Shown here in pieces: positions 26,928 through 37,674 of a DNA stretch of 64,000 nt. The notes below the pieces were generated by a model, which was given only the letters and a program-made list of their open reading frames with translations, made no database searches and was not told where the DNA came from. The position numbers were made by a program, and so were the translations under genes. The stretch is taken from sequence record MW598459, one strand, 5' to 3'. This DNA is from Escherichia phage vB_EcoM_RZ. Every line of letters begins with the position of its first letter. Position 1 is the first letter of the stretch.

Positions 26928-29900
26928 ATGATGAGTGTTAAAGCCCCTTATGTAACCAGCTTACGGATTGATAAACTATCTGCTAACCAGGTTAGCATAA
27001 AATGGGATAATGTTGGCGCCAACTTTTATTATTTTGTTGAGATTGCTCCGACAAAAGAAAATGGTGTTGCTATTCCAGAAGAAAATCTGTTATGGAGGAA
27101 TTTAGGTTATACTCCAGACAATGAATGGTTCGAACAAGATTTTATTCGTCCAGTATCATTTTACAAAATGCGTGTTGCTGTTGCAGCAATGGGTTTTGAA
27201 CAATCTGATTGGGTTTATACCGAAGAATTTGAAACCTTTGCAACTAACGCATACACATTTGAACACATGCGTGAGTTTACATTAACAAATAAATTCATCG
27301 AAGAAAAATTCACAAACAATAATCAGGCTTATATCAACTTTAATAATGATGCAATTATGGCATCGTTGATGTCTGAAGATTTTAGCTTTACTCCTGCCTA
27401 TTCTCATTTGTCTTCAATTTCAAACTATGTATTAAAAGAAGACCAATATCACGAAATTCAGGGTAGTATTCAGCCAGTGTGTAACGATGTTAATCGTACG
27501 ATGATTGCTGAACTCGGTGGTGTACTGTATTTGTTTGAACGATTCCAGACAACGGTCAAAGTCTCCAATGATAAAGGGCAGAACTGGTATTATGTAAAAT
27601 TGTTTAATGACCGTATCGGTAACCCGGTTTCGCGCACAATTTATTATCAATCAGATACGACAACTTACGTACTCGGGTATGACCGAATTTTTTACGGTCG
27701 CAAATCAAGTGATATAAGATGGTCTGCTGATGATGTTCGATTCAGTTCTCAGGATATAACATTTGCAAAAATTGGTTCGGATATCAATCTCGGATTTGAT
27801 ATTGAAATATTTGGCACATACGCAAGACTCCCGGCATACATCTCGACAATTGCCGAAGCAATTACTACCACCGATTCCATGATTTACGTTGCCGGGCGCG
27901 ACCGCGTATACAAGGCTAAATCTTCTGATGCTCCAATTGATAACGACCCTAACTCTCCAACATTCGGTGAAAAATTATTTGAAGCTGGATATAGTACAAT
28001 AAGCGGCAACCCAAAAGCTGTTTGTTACAAGATGGATTCAATTGACGGTGAAGTGTTTGCATTAATCACGGGTGAAGTAAAGGAAGAACGCCAAGACCCG
28101 ACTAAGCCTGAAAACGTTGTCGATTCATTATCAAAGGGCGTTTATAAATTAAATACCGATACCGATACATGGACACGAGTTTTTGGTAATACAGAGGATG
28201 AACGTCGCCGTATTGAACATGGTTACACAAGCATGTCAACTGATGGAATTGAACTTTTTATCAGTTCAAGTAACTTCCGTTATTCCGTTGAGCCAGATAC
28301 CGAACTCCCTGCTAAGTATCCTGAAGAAGTTAACGAAGCAGTCAAATATGTGTATGATGAACAATGGATACATGACAAGCATTATTTGATGATGAGTTTT
28401 AGGTCGAATAAAGATTCAGGTTGGGAAGAGTTTAAACCTGGACGTATGTCATATTACGCTGAACCGTTCTTTAACTGGTCTCGCCGTGATGATACTCGTT
28501 GTTGGATTACCACATCAGACAGAGCTCTGGTTGTATATAATGACATGCTGTATCAAAAGATTATCGATACCTTTGGTGGTTCATCCCCTGAACGTATTGT
28601 GCACGAATACTGGAATAAAGGTCAAGTGAAAGTTACTTCTCCTAACATCGAATTCAATGGCTTTAAAAAATATGCCTCGGGTATTATGTTACATAAAAAT
28701 ACTGGTGAGCTTATTGGTTATTTTGAATTCGACTATCGTATGCGTGATGAAGTTAGATTAATCTGGAAACCGAAAGAAGTTATGTTCACTGCAGAATTAC
28801 AGAACCAGGAACATGATATTCCATGGACCCCGGATAATGATGAACAAGAGAAAGACCCGGACTTGCGTCCTCTTTTAACAAAGATGGTTCCGGATAGTTA
28901 TTTGCTCCAGGATAGCAACTTCGAAAAATTCTGTGAATATTATTTGCAGTTTATCAGTGATGGTTCTGGCACATATTATAACAACCTTTTGAACTTGATT
29001 CGCAACCAATACCCACGCGAGGAAGATGCATGGGAATACCTTTGGAGTGAAATGTACAAAAGAAATATATATTTGTCAAAGACCAAGCGTGACGAAGTAG
29101 TTCGTTTCTTTGAAGCAAGACAGTCTGATTTTTGGGCAACCAAGGGGACTGAAGCATCCTATAAGTTTTTATTCAAATTGTTATATAATGAAGACGTTGA
29201 AATCGATATTGAATCCAAGAACGGAACCGAGTATGACATAATCGTCGAATCTGATAACATCAGCGAAGATATTGTTGGACAAACAATTTACACACCAACT
29301 GGCCGCAGTAACGTTACCTATATGGAGCGTGACTACAAACAGGGTAAATTGAGATGGCGTATCACGATTCATAACTTGCTTGGTCGCTTTATTGTTGGGC
29401 AAGAAATTAAATCCGAAAGGACTTCCTTTGAAGGCATGATTGTTCAGGGTGTTCGCGGAAAAGAATTACTTAGCAACAACATCGATTATATCAACCGAAA
29501 TCGTTCTTACTATGTAATGACCATTAAATCAAGTCTCCCAACATCTCGTTATCGTAATGACGTATTGAGATTTGTTCATCCGGTTGGATTTGGATTCGTT
29601 GGAATTACATTATTGACAATGTTTGTTAATGCTGGTCTGTCATTAAAACACACAGAAACCATTATCAATAAACTGAACAACTATCGTTGGTCGTCGGGTA
29701 TTCCGTCAGAATGGTGTGACCGTATCGCAGTTATTGGAGCCGATGGAAACATTGAGCATAATGCTGTTACAGGCGAAGCAGTATATAATATTGCTCCTAA
29801 CGCAGGTTTACCGTTCCCATTACCAGCAGATTATGACGCCGAAAACGATTTTTCAGATTTTCATGGGACTCTCCCATCTGAACGTCGTAAAAAATACAGT

Positions 29901-30026
29901 CCATTGTTTGACCAGTCCGCCGTGACTTTTGCTAACTGGCGCAATTTGGTTAATCAACGTCTTAAGGATGATATTGGTAATCCACGCGACCCGAAAGACC
30001 CCACACAGGTAAAGGTAAATGAATAA
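26928..30026 (+). CDS. 7: baseplate wedge protein gp7
   Basis: Start at ATGATG after SD AAGGAAACC gives 1032 aa, the T4 gp7 length. Confidence 0.85.
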   Translation: MMSVKAPYVTSLRIDKLSANQVSIKWDNVGANFYYFVEIAPTKENGVAIPEENLLWRNLGYTPDNEWFEQDFIRPVSFYKMRVAVAAMGFEQSDWVYTEEFETFATNAYTFEHMREFTLTNKFIEEKFTNNNQAYINFNNDAIMASLMSEDFSFTPAYSHLSSISNYVLKEDQYHEIQGSIQPVCNDVNRTMIAELGGVLYLFERFQTTVKVSNDKGQNWYYVKLFNDRIGNPVSRTIYYQSDTTTYVLGYDRIFYGRKSSDIRWSADDVRFSSQDITFAKIGSDINLGFDIEIFGTYARLPAYISTIAEAITTTDSMIYVAGRDRVYKAKSSDAPIDNDPNSPTFGEKLFEAGYSTISGNPKAVCYKMDSIDGEVFALITGEVKEERQDPTKPENVVDSLSKGVYKLNTDTDTWTRVFGNTEDERRRIEHGYTSMSTDGIELFISSSNFRYSVEPDTELPAKYPEEVNEAVKYVYDEQWIHDKHYLMMSFRSNKDSGWEEFKPGRMSYYAEPFFNWSRRDDTRCWITTSDRALVVYNDMLYQKIIDTFGGSSPERIVHEYWNKGQVKVTSPNIEFNGFKKYASGIMLHKNTGELIGYFEFDYRMRDEVRLIWKPKEVMFTAELQNQEHDIPWTPDNDEQEKDPDLRPLLTKMVPDSYLLQDSNFEKFCEYYLQFISDGSGTYYNNLLNLIRNQYPREEDAWEYLWSEMYKRNIYLSKTKRDEVVRFFEARQSDFWATKGTEASYKFLFKLLYNEDVEIDIESKNGTEYDIIVESDNISEDIVGQTIYTPTGRSNVTYMERDYKQGKLRWRITIHNLLGRFIVGQEIKSERTSFEGMIVQGVRGKELLSNNIDYINRNRSYYVMTIKSSLPTSRYRNDVLRFVHPVGFGFVGITLLTMFVNAGLSLKHTETIINKLNNYRWSSGIPSEWCDRIAVIGADGNIEHNAVTGEAVYNIAPNAGLPFPLPADYDAENDFSDFHGTLPSERRKKYSPLFDQSAVTFANWRNLVNQRLKDDIGNPRDPKDPTQVKVNE

Positions 30027-31023
30027 TTCATCTGTAGTTTATCGTTCGATAATTACCTCGAAATTTCGAACTGAAAAAATGTATAACTTTTATAAAATGA
30101 TTGGCAACGAGCCCGACCAGAATACGATGTATGTAACATTCGGTCGTGCTGAACCCTGGGCATCAAATGAGAATGACCCGGGGTTCGCCCCGCCTTATCC
30201 GGTTGATACGGCACAAGGTGTTGAAGATACTTGGACAAATATGATGGGTGCAGTCAAAGTTTATAAGTCAATGCTTGATTGTGTTGTCCCACGTAAAGAC
30301 TGGGGCGATATTAGATATCCTAATCCGCTTAACTTCCAGGTAGGGGAAATTGTTGTAGCTAACAGTGCTCCGTATAACCGAACTGATGTTGGTAAAGGTT
30401 GGATGGTTTATCGTTGTGTAGACGTTCCTGATGTTGGGACTTGCTCCATTTATTCTATTATCAATAAAGAAGAGTGTTTAAAACTCGGTGGTAAATGGAC
30501 TGCAGAATATAACTCGACGAGAGCTCCAGCTGGGACTGGCGATACAGAAGGACGAGTCGATATGGGCGATGGTTATCTCTGGGAATATTTGTATGAGATT
30601 CCACCTGATGTATCCATCAACCGTTGTACTAACGAATATATTGTTGTTCCATGGCCTGAAGAAATCGAAGAAGACCCATCACGTTGGGGCTACAAAGACA
30701 ATATCAGCTGGCAACAAGATGATTTCGGTTTAATATACAGAATCAAAGGATATACAATCAGATTTAAAGCATTTATGGATTCCATTTATTTCCCAGAGTT
30801 CAGTCTCCCGGGGAACAAAGGTTTCCGCCAGCTGTCGATTATATCCAACCCACTTGAAGTTAAAGTACATCCTAATGACCCAAATATCAAAGCAATCAAA
30901 GAATACTACGATGCAATTGATTTGGACCGTCATTCCGGGGAAATGATTTATATGGAAAACCGCCCACCGATTATTCGTGCAATGGACCAGACAGAAGAAG
31001 TTAACATTATTTTTGAATTCTAA
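30019..31023 (+). CDS. 8: baseplate wedge protein gp8
   Basis: 334 aa (T4 gp8 334 aa). Confidence 0.85.
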   Translation: MNNSSVVYRSIITSKFRTEKMYNFYKMIGNEPDQNTMYVTFGRAEPWASNENDPGFAPPYPVDTAQGVEDTWTNMMGAVKVYKSMLDCVVPRKDWGDIRYPNPLNFQVGEIVVANSAPYNRTDVGKGWMVYRCVDVPDVGTCSIYSIINKEECLKLGGKWTAEYNSTRAPAGTGDTEGRVDMGDGYLWEYLYEIPPDVSINRCTNEYIVVPWPEEIEEDPSRWGYKDNISWQQDDFGLIYRIKGYTIRFKAFMDSIYFPEFSLPGNKGFRQLSIISNPLEVKVHPNDPNIKAIKEYYDAIDLDRHSGEMIYMENRPPIIRAMDQTEEVNIIFEF

Positions 31024-31026
31024 CAA

Positions 31027-31048
31027 GGGACCTTCGGGTCCCTTTTTT
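31027..31048 (+). terminator. rho-independent terminator after gene 8
   Basis: GGGACCTTCGGGTCCC hairpin + TTTTTT. Confidence 0.65.
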
Positions 31049-31053
31049 ATTCT

Positions 31054-31061
31054 ATAAATAT
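31054..31061 (+). promoter_or_regulatory. late promoter TATAAATA for gene 9
   Basis: Exact TATAAATA 27 nt upstream of gp9 ATG. Confidence 0.6.
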
Positions 31062-31087
31062 AGCTATATCAATAACGAGGCTTACCT

Positions 31088-31957
31088 ATGATTAATCAAA
31101 CCCCAAAATTATTAGTAGACATCGGCGAGATTGGTAACGCCAGCACCGGTGATATTCTATATGAAGGCGGTCGTAAACTGAACGTGGATTTAGACAGTTT
31201 GTATAATACATTCGGCGACCAGCGTCTGTACTCTGTGAACAATGGAGAAAACTCCCAGGTACTTCATGCTACTGGCTACTATCAAAAAGCCACAAATATC
31301 ATCGAATGGAACTCAACTGTTGCTCTCGGTTCTATGCGGGATGTCAATACTGCCGAAGGCGTTATCACTGCAAGAATTGCAAAAGGTAAAGCAGGCGAAG
31401 GTGTTATCTTTATTAACTCCAATGGTTCATTATCCACCTCGTTGCCTCTGGAAGTTGAACTACAAGGCACAGATTCATTCCTGACTGCTGCAACGAACAA
31501 AATGAAATTTACTCAGCCTTATACAAAAATTACATTGTGGTGTATTGACGATGCTAACGGCGTAGGGACCTGGGACTACAAAATTGAAAGTATGTTTGGC
31601 AACCAATCTGTATTGCTCGACAAAACATACAATATGAGCTCGGTTGTTCGTGATATTCCACTTGCTTTCCGTGCAGATTATAAAACTATCAAATTGATGC
31701 TGACGGCTATTTCAACAGACGAAACTAAATACAAAGCATCAGAAATATTACTTTACATCGACCTTAAGGACCGCAAGGTATATAGCACAGAATACGCTGT
31801 AATCAGACGTGGACAAACCAATGAAGAAGATGAGATATATGCCATCGATTTTAGAATTGATAACCAGGATATCATTCAGGCGGCTATAAGCTCACCCACT
31901 GCCATGAAGCTCGCTATTAAAGTAATTTCCGCCCAAACAATCGGAGTACCGGTATAA
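31088..31957 (+). CDS. 9: baseplate protein gp9 (long tail fiber socket)
   Basis: 289 aa (T4 gp9 288 aa). Confidence 0.85.
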   Translation: MINQTPKLLVDIGEIGNASTGDILYEGGRKLNVDLDSLYNTFGDQRLYSVNNGENSQVLHATGYYQKATNIIEWNSTVALGSMRDVNTAEGVITARIAKGKAGEGVIFINSNGSLSTSLPLEVELQGTDSFLTAATNKMKFTQPYTKITLWCIDDANGVGTWDYKIESMFGNQSVLLDKTYNMSSVVRDIPLAFRADYKTIKLMLTAISTDETKYKASEILLYIDLKDRKVYSTEYAVIRRGQTNEEDEIYAIDFRIDNQDIIQAAISSPTAMKLAIKVISAQTIGVPV

Positions 31958-33768
31958 TGAAACAGAATTTAAAAATTGGCAATATGGTTGATGATGGTAC
32001 TGGTGATTACCTTCGTCTCGGCGGTCAAAAAATAAACAATAACTTTGACGACCTTTATTATCAGCTGGGTGATGGTGAAAATCCTCATGCGGCTGGTGCA
32101 TGGAAAACTTGGACTACACAAGAAGGCACCGAGTTGTCTGCTGTTATGGGTCGAAGCTATACCATCGATACATCAGCCGGTGCGGTTCGAGTCGTCCTCC
32201 CGAAAGGAACAACTCAAGAATACAATTATGTAATTCGATTGCGTGATGTGTTTGCTACCTGGCAAATCAACCCGGTGACAATTGTTCCTGCAGTCGGGGA
32301 TACGATTAAAGGCTCACCAAATCCAGTAGAAATTAAACGCAACTTAGCCGACCTTGAACTTGTATATTGTTCACCAGGTCGTTGGGAATATATCGATAAT
32401 AAACAAGTCGATAAAATTTCAAATAACGACGTTGCTACGGTTGCATCCCAACAGTTTATTGCTACCGAAGGACAAACTGACTTTATCAATGTGTTTGGTG
32501 CTATTCCGTATAGCGTATCGAACTTAGAAGTCAAACATCGTGGTAACGACCTGTTTTATGGTAAAGATGATATTTTCGACCCGGTGAATGCTGAATTTGG
32601 TTCCCCTGGTGCAAACCCTGGTGAAATCGTTGCGCTTGATGGTAAAAGCATCCGTCTGAAAATGCCATGCGCTGAAGGTGATACGGTTATCATCCGAACA
32701 TTTAATGATGGCATTGCACAATGGCGTAGTTCGTATAATCGTCGTGATGTACTTGTTCGTAGTCAAGACAGGACCAAAGAAACAACAATTAATGGTTCTT
32801 TGATTGTTACGGATTTGACAACCAAACACACCTTTACAATTGAAGAACTTGGCATTTCTCCGGGTAGCCCAATTAACCCAAACGCATGTCAAGTATTCAT
32901 TAACAGTATTTTACAACACCAAGCCGGGACTGCAGGAACTCCAGTATTTTATTGCGAAGGTGCACAAGGTTCCACTGCGGCAGAATGTAGCGCAAATGGT
33001 GGCAGTTGGTCTGAATCAACCCAGGATTATTTGCTGCAATTTGATGATGACAACCGCATCGAAGGTATTAGCATTTATCGTGAATTTGAAGACGGTGATA
33101 TTCTGTCGGTCATTTGGTACAATAACGATATCGGCACAACTATGACCATGGATGAAATCCGTGATGAGACTGACACTCTTTATGTTTCTCAGGGAAATAC
33201 ATTGAGCCTAACTGGTCGTGTACGTATTACAGATTTTGATAATCCGTTTGCACCAAACGTTGAACCGGTCGGTCTTCAGGAAGTTGTTCCATCTTCTGTT
33301 GGCGCTATCTTTGAATTATTCTATCCGGTTGGTACAATTTACGAAAATACGGTTAACCCGAATAACCCGGTTACTTATATGGGATTCGGTTCATGGAAAC
33401 GTTTGAAAGAACGTGTAATCGTTGCCTGGTCTGATGACCCTGCCTCAAACTTCCATACAAACAATAATGACCTGGATTCTGGTGGTAACCCACAAGCGAC
33501 GGCGGGTGGCACAGGTGGTAGTGTTGAAGTTCATATTAAAGATATAAACGTACCTAAACTTGAAACCGATGAGAAAGTTTTGGTTGTTGATGATAATGGT
33601 CCGATTGTTGTTGGCGGTTGTCAGGTAGACCCGGATGCACAAGGTCCAGCTTATACCAAATACAGAGAAGATAAAGCCACCATTAATCAGGCGCAAGACC
33701 CTCAAGCTCAACCGGTTTATACAATGCCTCCATATTTGATTGCTCATCGCTGGGTAAGGATTGCTTAA
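31957..33768 (+). CDS. 10: baseplate wedge protein gp10
   Basis: 603 aa (T4 gp10 602 aa). Confidence 0.85.
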   Translation: MKQNLKIGNMVDDGTGDYLRLGGQKINNNFDDLYYQLGDGENPHAAGAWKTWTTQEGTELSAVMGRSYTIDTSAGAVRVVLPKGTTQEYNYVIRLRDVFATWQINPVTIVPAVGDTIKGSPNPVEIKRNLADLELVYCSPGRWEYIDNKQVDKISNNDVATVASQQFIATEGQTDFINVFGAIPYSVSNLEVKHRGNDLFYGKDDIFDPVNAEFGSPGANPGEIVALDGKSIRLKMPCAEGDTVIIRTFNDGIAQWRSSYNRRDVLVRSQDRTKETTINGSLIVTDLTTKHTFTIEELGISPGSPINPNACQVFINSILQHQAGTAGTPVFYCEGAQGSTAAECSANGGSWSESTQDYLLQFDDDNRIEGISIYREFEDGDILSVIWYNNDIGTTMTMDEIRDETDTLYVSQGNTLSLTGRVRITDFDNPFAPNVEPVGLQEVVPSSVGAIFELFYPVGTIYENTVNPNNPVTYMGFGSWKRLKERVIVAWSDDPASNFHTNNNDLDSGGNPQATAGGTGGSVEVHIKDINVPKLETDEKVLVVDDNGPIVVGGCQVDPDAQGPAYTKYREDKATINQAQDPQAQPVYTMPPYLIAHRWVRIA

Positions 33769-34433
33769 TGAAAACATTAACGAATAAAAAGGCTGGAGTA
33801 ATTTCCCGCCTTGCTAGTTACTTAGAATTTCAAAATACATCAAAAAATATTACGGCTGTCATGGGTCAACGAGCAATCGGCGGCCCATCCGCAACACAAA
33901 CAACCGAGGGTATTTTTTATCCAACAGTTCAGAGCGCAATAGATGATATTGCGTTTCGATATGAGCTTCCGGTTGGCAGTGTAATTACTAATACGAATAA
34001 CCTTTCTCCTGCGGCAATTAGTCAGTCGGATAAAATTAAATTCACCGGGTCTATTTCTGGTGCTGGGGTTGGTGATACTGTTTTATTTTTCATTTTTGGT
34101 ATTCCAGTTGAGGTTATTGTCGGGGATTCGGCTGTATTAGTTGCTTCCAAGGTTAACGATGCTTTGCTGACGGCTGTTGCTGATAGTTTAATTGTGTCAA
34201 GCTCTGCAATTGATAGCGTGGACCAGTCTATATTAAATATTACATATAACGACTACCAAAACCATAATTTTGCACCTTTCACTCAATATGGTTGTACGCT
34301 TAGCCAGACTATTACACAGCAACCGCGCGGTGGGTATGGTTCATGGGAATATCTTGGAACTTCAACCCAGACATTATCAGGTGGCACAGCAAATGGCGCA
34401 ATTTCACTTTACCATTATAAGCGAGTATCGTAA
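33768..34433 (+). CDS. 11: baseplate wedge protein gp11 (short tail fiber attachment)
   Basis: 221 aa (T4 gp11 219 aa). Confidence 0.8.
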   Translation: MKTLTNKKAGVISRLASYLEFQNTSKNITAVMGQRAIGGPSATQTTEGIFYPTVQSAIDDIAFRYELPVGSVITNTNNLSPAAISQSDKIKFTGSISGAGVGDTVLFFIFGIPVEVIVGDSAVLVASKVNDALLTAVADSLIVSSSAIDSVDQSILNITYNDYQNHNFAPFTQYGCTLSQTITQQPRGGYGSWEYLGTSTQTLSGGTANGAISLYHYKRVS

Positions 34434-35983
34434 TGACAACGACTAACACGCTAAAACACATTAGCGATAAATCCGAATATAAAACATTCGACCCGACGGG
34501 AACAGCTTTCCCGTCGACTGTTACCAACGTACAAGAGGCTTTAGGGTCTCTTAATAAAATTGCGTTAGATGGATATATCCCAGCCTCTTCCGAAACGACC
34601 GCAGGGCTCATCAGGCTAGCCACCACACAAGAAGTTATTGATGGTATTAGTCCAGACTCTGCAGTTACTCCAGCGACCTTAAAAGCTCGTTTAGACATCC
34701 CTACGCAAGCCACAGAAACTTATGTAGGTATTACCCGTTATGCAACCAATGCTGAAGCAATTGCCGGAACAGTAACCGATGCGGCTATTGTTCCATCTTC
34801 ATTAAAAGCAACAATTGATGATGTTTTTGCTGTTCGTGTCGGTACCGAAAATAATTTGGGTGTTCTTCGTATTAGTACCGAGGATGCAGCTTTAGCTGGT
34901 ACAGATGATACAACCGCTATGTCTCCGTTGAAAGTTGCTCTGGCAATTGGCAAAGCAACAGCAGCGCTTCCGACTTATTCAACTGCCACACAAACTGTTT
35001 CTGGTTTAGTACGAATTGCTACAAATGCTGAAGTGCAAGCAGGAACCCTGGGTGACGGTGTGGCAATTTCTCCAGCAGGTTTAAATGCTCGTACAGCAAC
35101 ACAAGACCGCGCTGGGATTATTCGTCTTGGTACTCAGTCAGAGATTAATAACAGTGTTGATGGTGTTGCGGTAACCGGAGCAACTCTTAATGACCGTGGC
35201 GCTACAACCGATATTCGCGGTGTTGTTAGATTAACTAATCAGGCAGGGGTTGCTCCCGGGGGTGACGGTGCTGGTGCCTTGGCTTGGAACGCTGATGTAA
35301 TTAACACTCGCGGTGGTCAACGAATTAATGGAAGTCTTTCTTTAGATTATATTTCCACCGGCAATTTTGATTCCAATACAGCTCATATGGGCGGTCAATT
35401 ACTTTCTACACAGCGTTATGCTTCTGAACGGGTTCCTGTCGGAACGGTGATGATGTTCGCAGGTGATAGTGCTCCTCCTGGCTGGATTATGTGTCATGGT
35501 GGCACCGTTAATGGTGACCAATTCCCTGACTATCGAAATACTGTTGGGACTCGTTTTGGTGGTGATTGGAATAACCCTGGCGTTCCTGATATGCGCGGCT
35601 TATTCGTTCGTGGCGCAGGTACGGGCGGTCATATTCTGAATAACCGTGGTCAAGATGGTTATGGTAAAGACCGTTTGGGTGTTGGTTGTGATGGAATGCA
35701 TGTTGGCGGTGTTCAGGCACAACAAATGTCATACCATAAACACGCTGGTGGCTGGGGTGAATATCAACGCAATGAAGCTCCATTTGGTGCGTCAGTTTAT
35801 CAGGGTTATCTTGGTACCAGAAAATATGCAGACTGGGACAATGCCTCGTATTTCACAAATGACGGATTTGAATTAGGTGGTGGTCGTGATTCTCTCGGAA
35901 CGTTAAACCGTGAAGGCCTTATCGGATATGAAACAAGACCTTGGAATATGTCTTTAAACTATATTATTAAAGTTCACTATTAA
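34433..35983 (+). CDS. 12: short tail fiber protein gp12
   Basis: 516 aa; internal repeats G(L/I/V)xR(L/I)(A/S)T..E..(D/A)G; C-terminal receptor-binding domain. Confidence 0.85.
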   Translation: MTTTNTLKHISDKSEYKTFDPTGTAFPSTVTNVQEALGSLNKIALDGYIPASSETTAGLIRLATTQEVIDGISPDSAVTPATLKARLDIPTQATETYVGITRYATNAEAIAGTVTDAAIVPSSLKATIDDVFAVRVGTENNLGVLRISTEDAALAGTDDTTAMSPLKVALAIGKATAALPTYSTATQTVSGLVRIATNAEVQAGTLGDGVAISPAGLNARTATQDRAGIIRLGTQSEINNSVDGVAVTGATLNDRGATTDIRGVVRLTNQAGVAPGGDGAGALAWNADVINTRGGQRINGSLSLDYISTGNFDSNTAHMGGQLLSTQRYASERVPVGTVMMFAGDSAPPGWIMCHGGTVNGDQFPDYRNTVGTRFGGDWNNPGVPDMRGLFVRGAGTGGHILNNRGQDGYGKDRLGVGCDGMHVGGVQAQQMSYHKHAGGWGEYQRNEAPFGASVYQGYLGTRKYADWDNASYFTNDGFELGGGRDSLGTLNREGLIGYETRPWNMSLNYIIKVHY

Positions 35984-35991
35984 GGACCAAA

Positions 35992-37623
35992 ATGATTAAT
36001 AAACTCAGTCTCAAAGAACTGCCGTATAGCATCGGTATTCCAGACGAAGGCCAACAGAGAATTCGTTGGATACAAAACGGTGATTGTATGACTGCGGCCA
36101 GTACCAAATATGGTCATGATGGTAATTTGAACGCCGCCGCGGTTGGCGTTCAAACAAACGTAGATACACTCGACGACAACTCAAATACATCTAAAGAAAA
36201 AATAAACGAAATTATTGATAACGTCAATAATATTCAGGAAGCTTTGGATATAACAACTAACACGGAAGTTGTTAAACAAATTGAAAAAAACCGTACGGAT
36301 ATTCTTGACCTTGATGAACGTCAATTTAATACCGAATTACTGTCAAGCGAAACATCCGAAGGCCTTAAAACGTTAAAAGAAGATGTTGGTGCTTATGACC
36401 CGTTAACCGATTCATATTATCGCACAGTTCGTAATGACCTCGTATGGATTAAAAATGAATTAGGCCAGTATGTTGACCAAGATATAAATGGTCTCCAGGT
36501 TATCGGCAATCCGTCAAAAGGCATGAAACGCCGCATCATCGATAACAGTTCTGCTATTGTTGCTCATGGAGTTCGTATTAAGACTCTTGAGGACAATTAC
36601 CATGATTCTGATGTCGGTTCTCTTAACGTAAAAGTAATTAAAATTCGTGAAGAATTAGGTGAGTCTACTTTAGCAATAGGTAAACCGGCTGTATTTGTTA
36701 GACTGAATACTCTTGATGGTAAAGCAGTCGAAATTGACGAAGATATTACCAACATTCAAGAAGCTATTGGTTTTGGTACAGGGATTGCAATTACAACCCG
36801 CGTTGAAAATCTCGGCGGACGTGTTTCAGTCAATGAAACAGATATTGCGAATATCAAACCAAGACTCACGAAGGTTGAAACTGATATTGGAACAGCACTG
36901 GAGCCATTGACAATTAATGGTCGAATCAGTGCTTTACGCGCGGATGTCAATGGATTACAGGTTGTTGTTGGCCAGGATTCAAGTTCCGGTTTGCGTGGTA
37001 CCACTGCATGGCTTTCTCAGAGAATCGGTACAGAGCAATCTCCAGAGCCAAACACTATCACGTATAAGTTGAATGCAACCACTACGCTGGCTAACGAAAC
37101 TGCATCAGGTCTCCAGGATGTACAAGCTGAAATTGGTACAAATAACACTGGTATGAAAGGTTCTATTTTGACTTTAACTAGTCAGATGAATGGTACAAAC
37201 CCTAACGGTGCTACTGTGGCTGAACGTGGTGTTCTTCCGGTTGTAATTAACTTGGATATGCTGATGGCGTCCAAGCTGAACGATGCACCATTGGACAATA
37301 AGTTATATGGTCGCAAGCAAGGAACCTGGGCTGAAATTATCGATGCTGAAACCGAGATTGATGCAATTAAACTTGATACTGCAAAAATTGCACCATTAAC
37401 CACTCGTGTGACAACCCTTGAAGGTACAGTAACTCCGCTCCCTGGTCGCCTGGATGCGGCCGAGACGAAGATAACTACTTTAGAAGGTAAAGTATCAGCC
37501 TTAGAAACAGAGCTCGCCAAAAGGCCTCCTGTCGCTCCTGTGGCCGATGGTCTCCCGTATGTTCTAGTTGATAATGCATGGGTTCTTTTGTCAACATTCG
37601 TGACATTAAATCCAGCACCATAA
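35992..37623 (+). CDS. wac: fibritin (whisker) protein
   Basis: 543 aa coiled-coil-rich protein between 12 and 13; C-terminal foldon-like GLPYVLVDNAWVLLSTF. Confidence 0.8.
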   Translation: MINKLSLKELPYSIGIPDEGQQRIRWIQNGDCMTAASTKYGHDGNLNAAAVGVQTNVDTLDDNSNTSKEKINEIIDNVNNIQEALDITTNTEVVKQIEKNRTDILDLDERQFNTELLSSETSEGLKTLKEDVGAYDPLTDSYYRTVRNDLVWIKNELGQYVDQDINGLQVIGNPSKGMKRRIIDNSSAIVAHGVRIKTLEDNYHDSDVGSLNVKVIKIREELGESTLAIGKPAVFVRLNTLDGKAVEIDEDITNIQEAIGFGTGIAITTRVENLGGRVSVNETDIANIKPRLTKVETDIGTALEPLTINGRISALRADVNGLQVVVGQDSSSGLRGTTAWLSQRIGTEQSPEPNTITYKLNATTTLANETASGLQDVQAEIGTNNTGMKGSILTLTSQMNGTNPNGATVAERGVLPVVINLDMLMASKLNDAPLDNKLYGRKQGTWAEIIDAETEIDAIKLDTAKIAPLTTRVTTLEGTVTPLPGRLDAAETKITTLEGKVSALETELAKRPPVAPVADGLPYVLVDNAWVLLSTFVTLNPAP

Positions 37624-37626
37624 TAA

Positions 37627-37646
37627 AAGGGCTTCGGCCCTTTTTT
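37627..37646 (+). terminator. rho-independent terminator after wac
   Basis: AAGGGCTTCGGCCCTT hairpin + TTTTTT. Confidence 0.65.
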
Positions 37647-37648
37647 CG

Positions 37649-37656
37649 TATAAATA
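37649..37656 (+). promoter_or_regulatory. late promoter TATAAATA for gene 13
   Basis: Exact TATAAATA about 20 nt upstream of gp13 ATG. Confidence 0.6.
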
Positions 37657-37674
37657 CAGTAAAGAGGAAAACAT

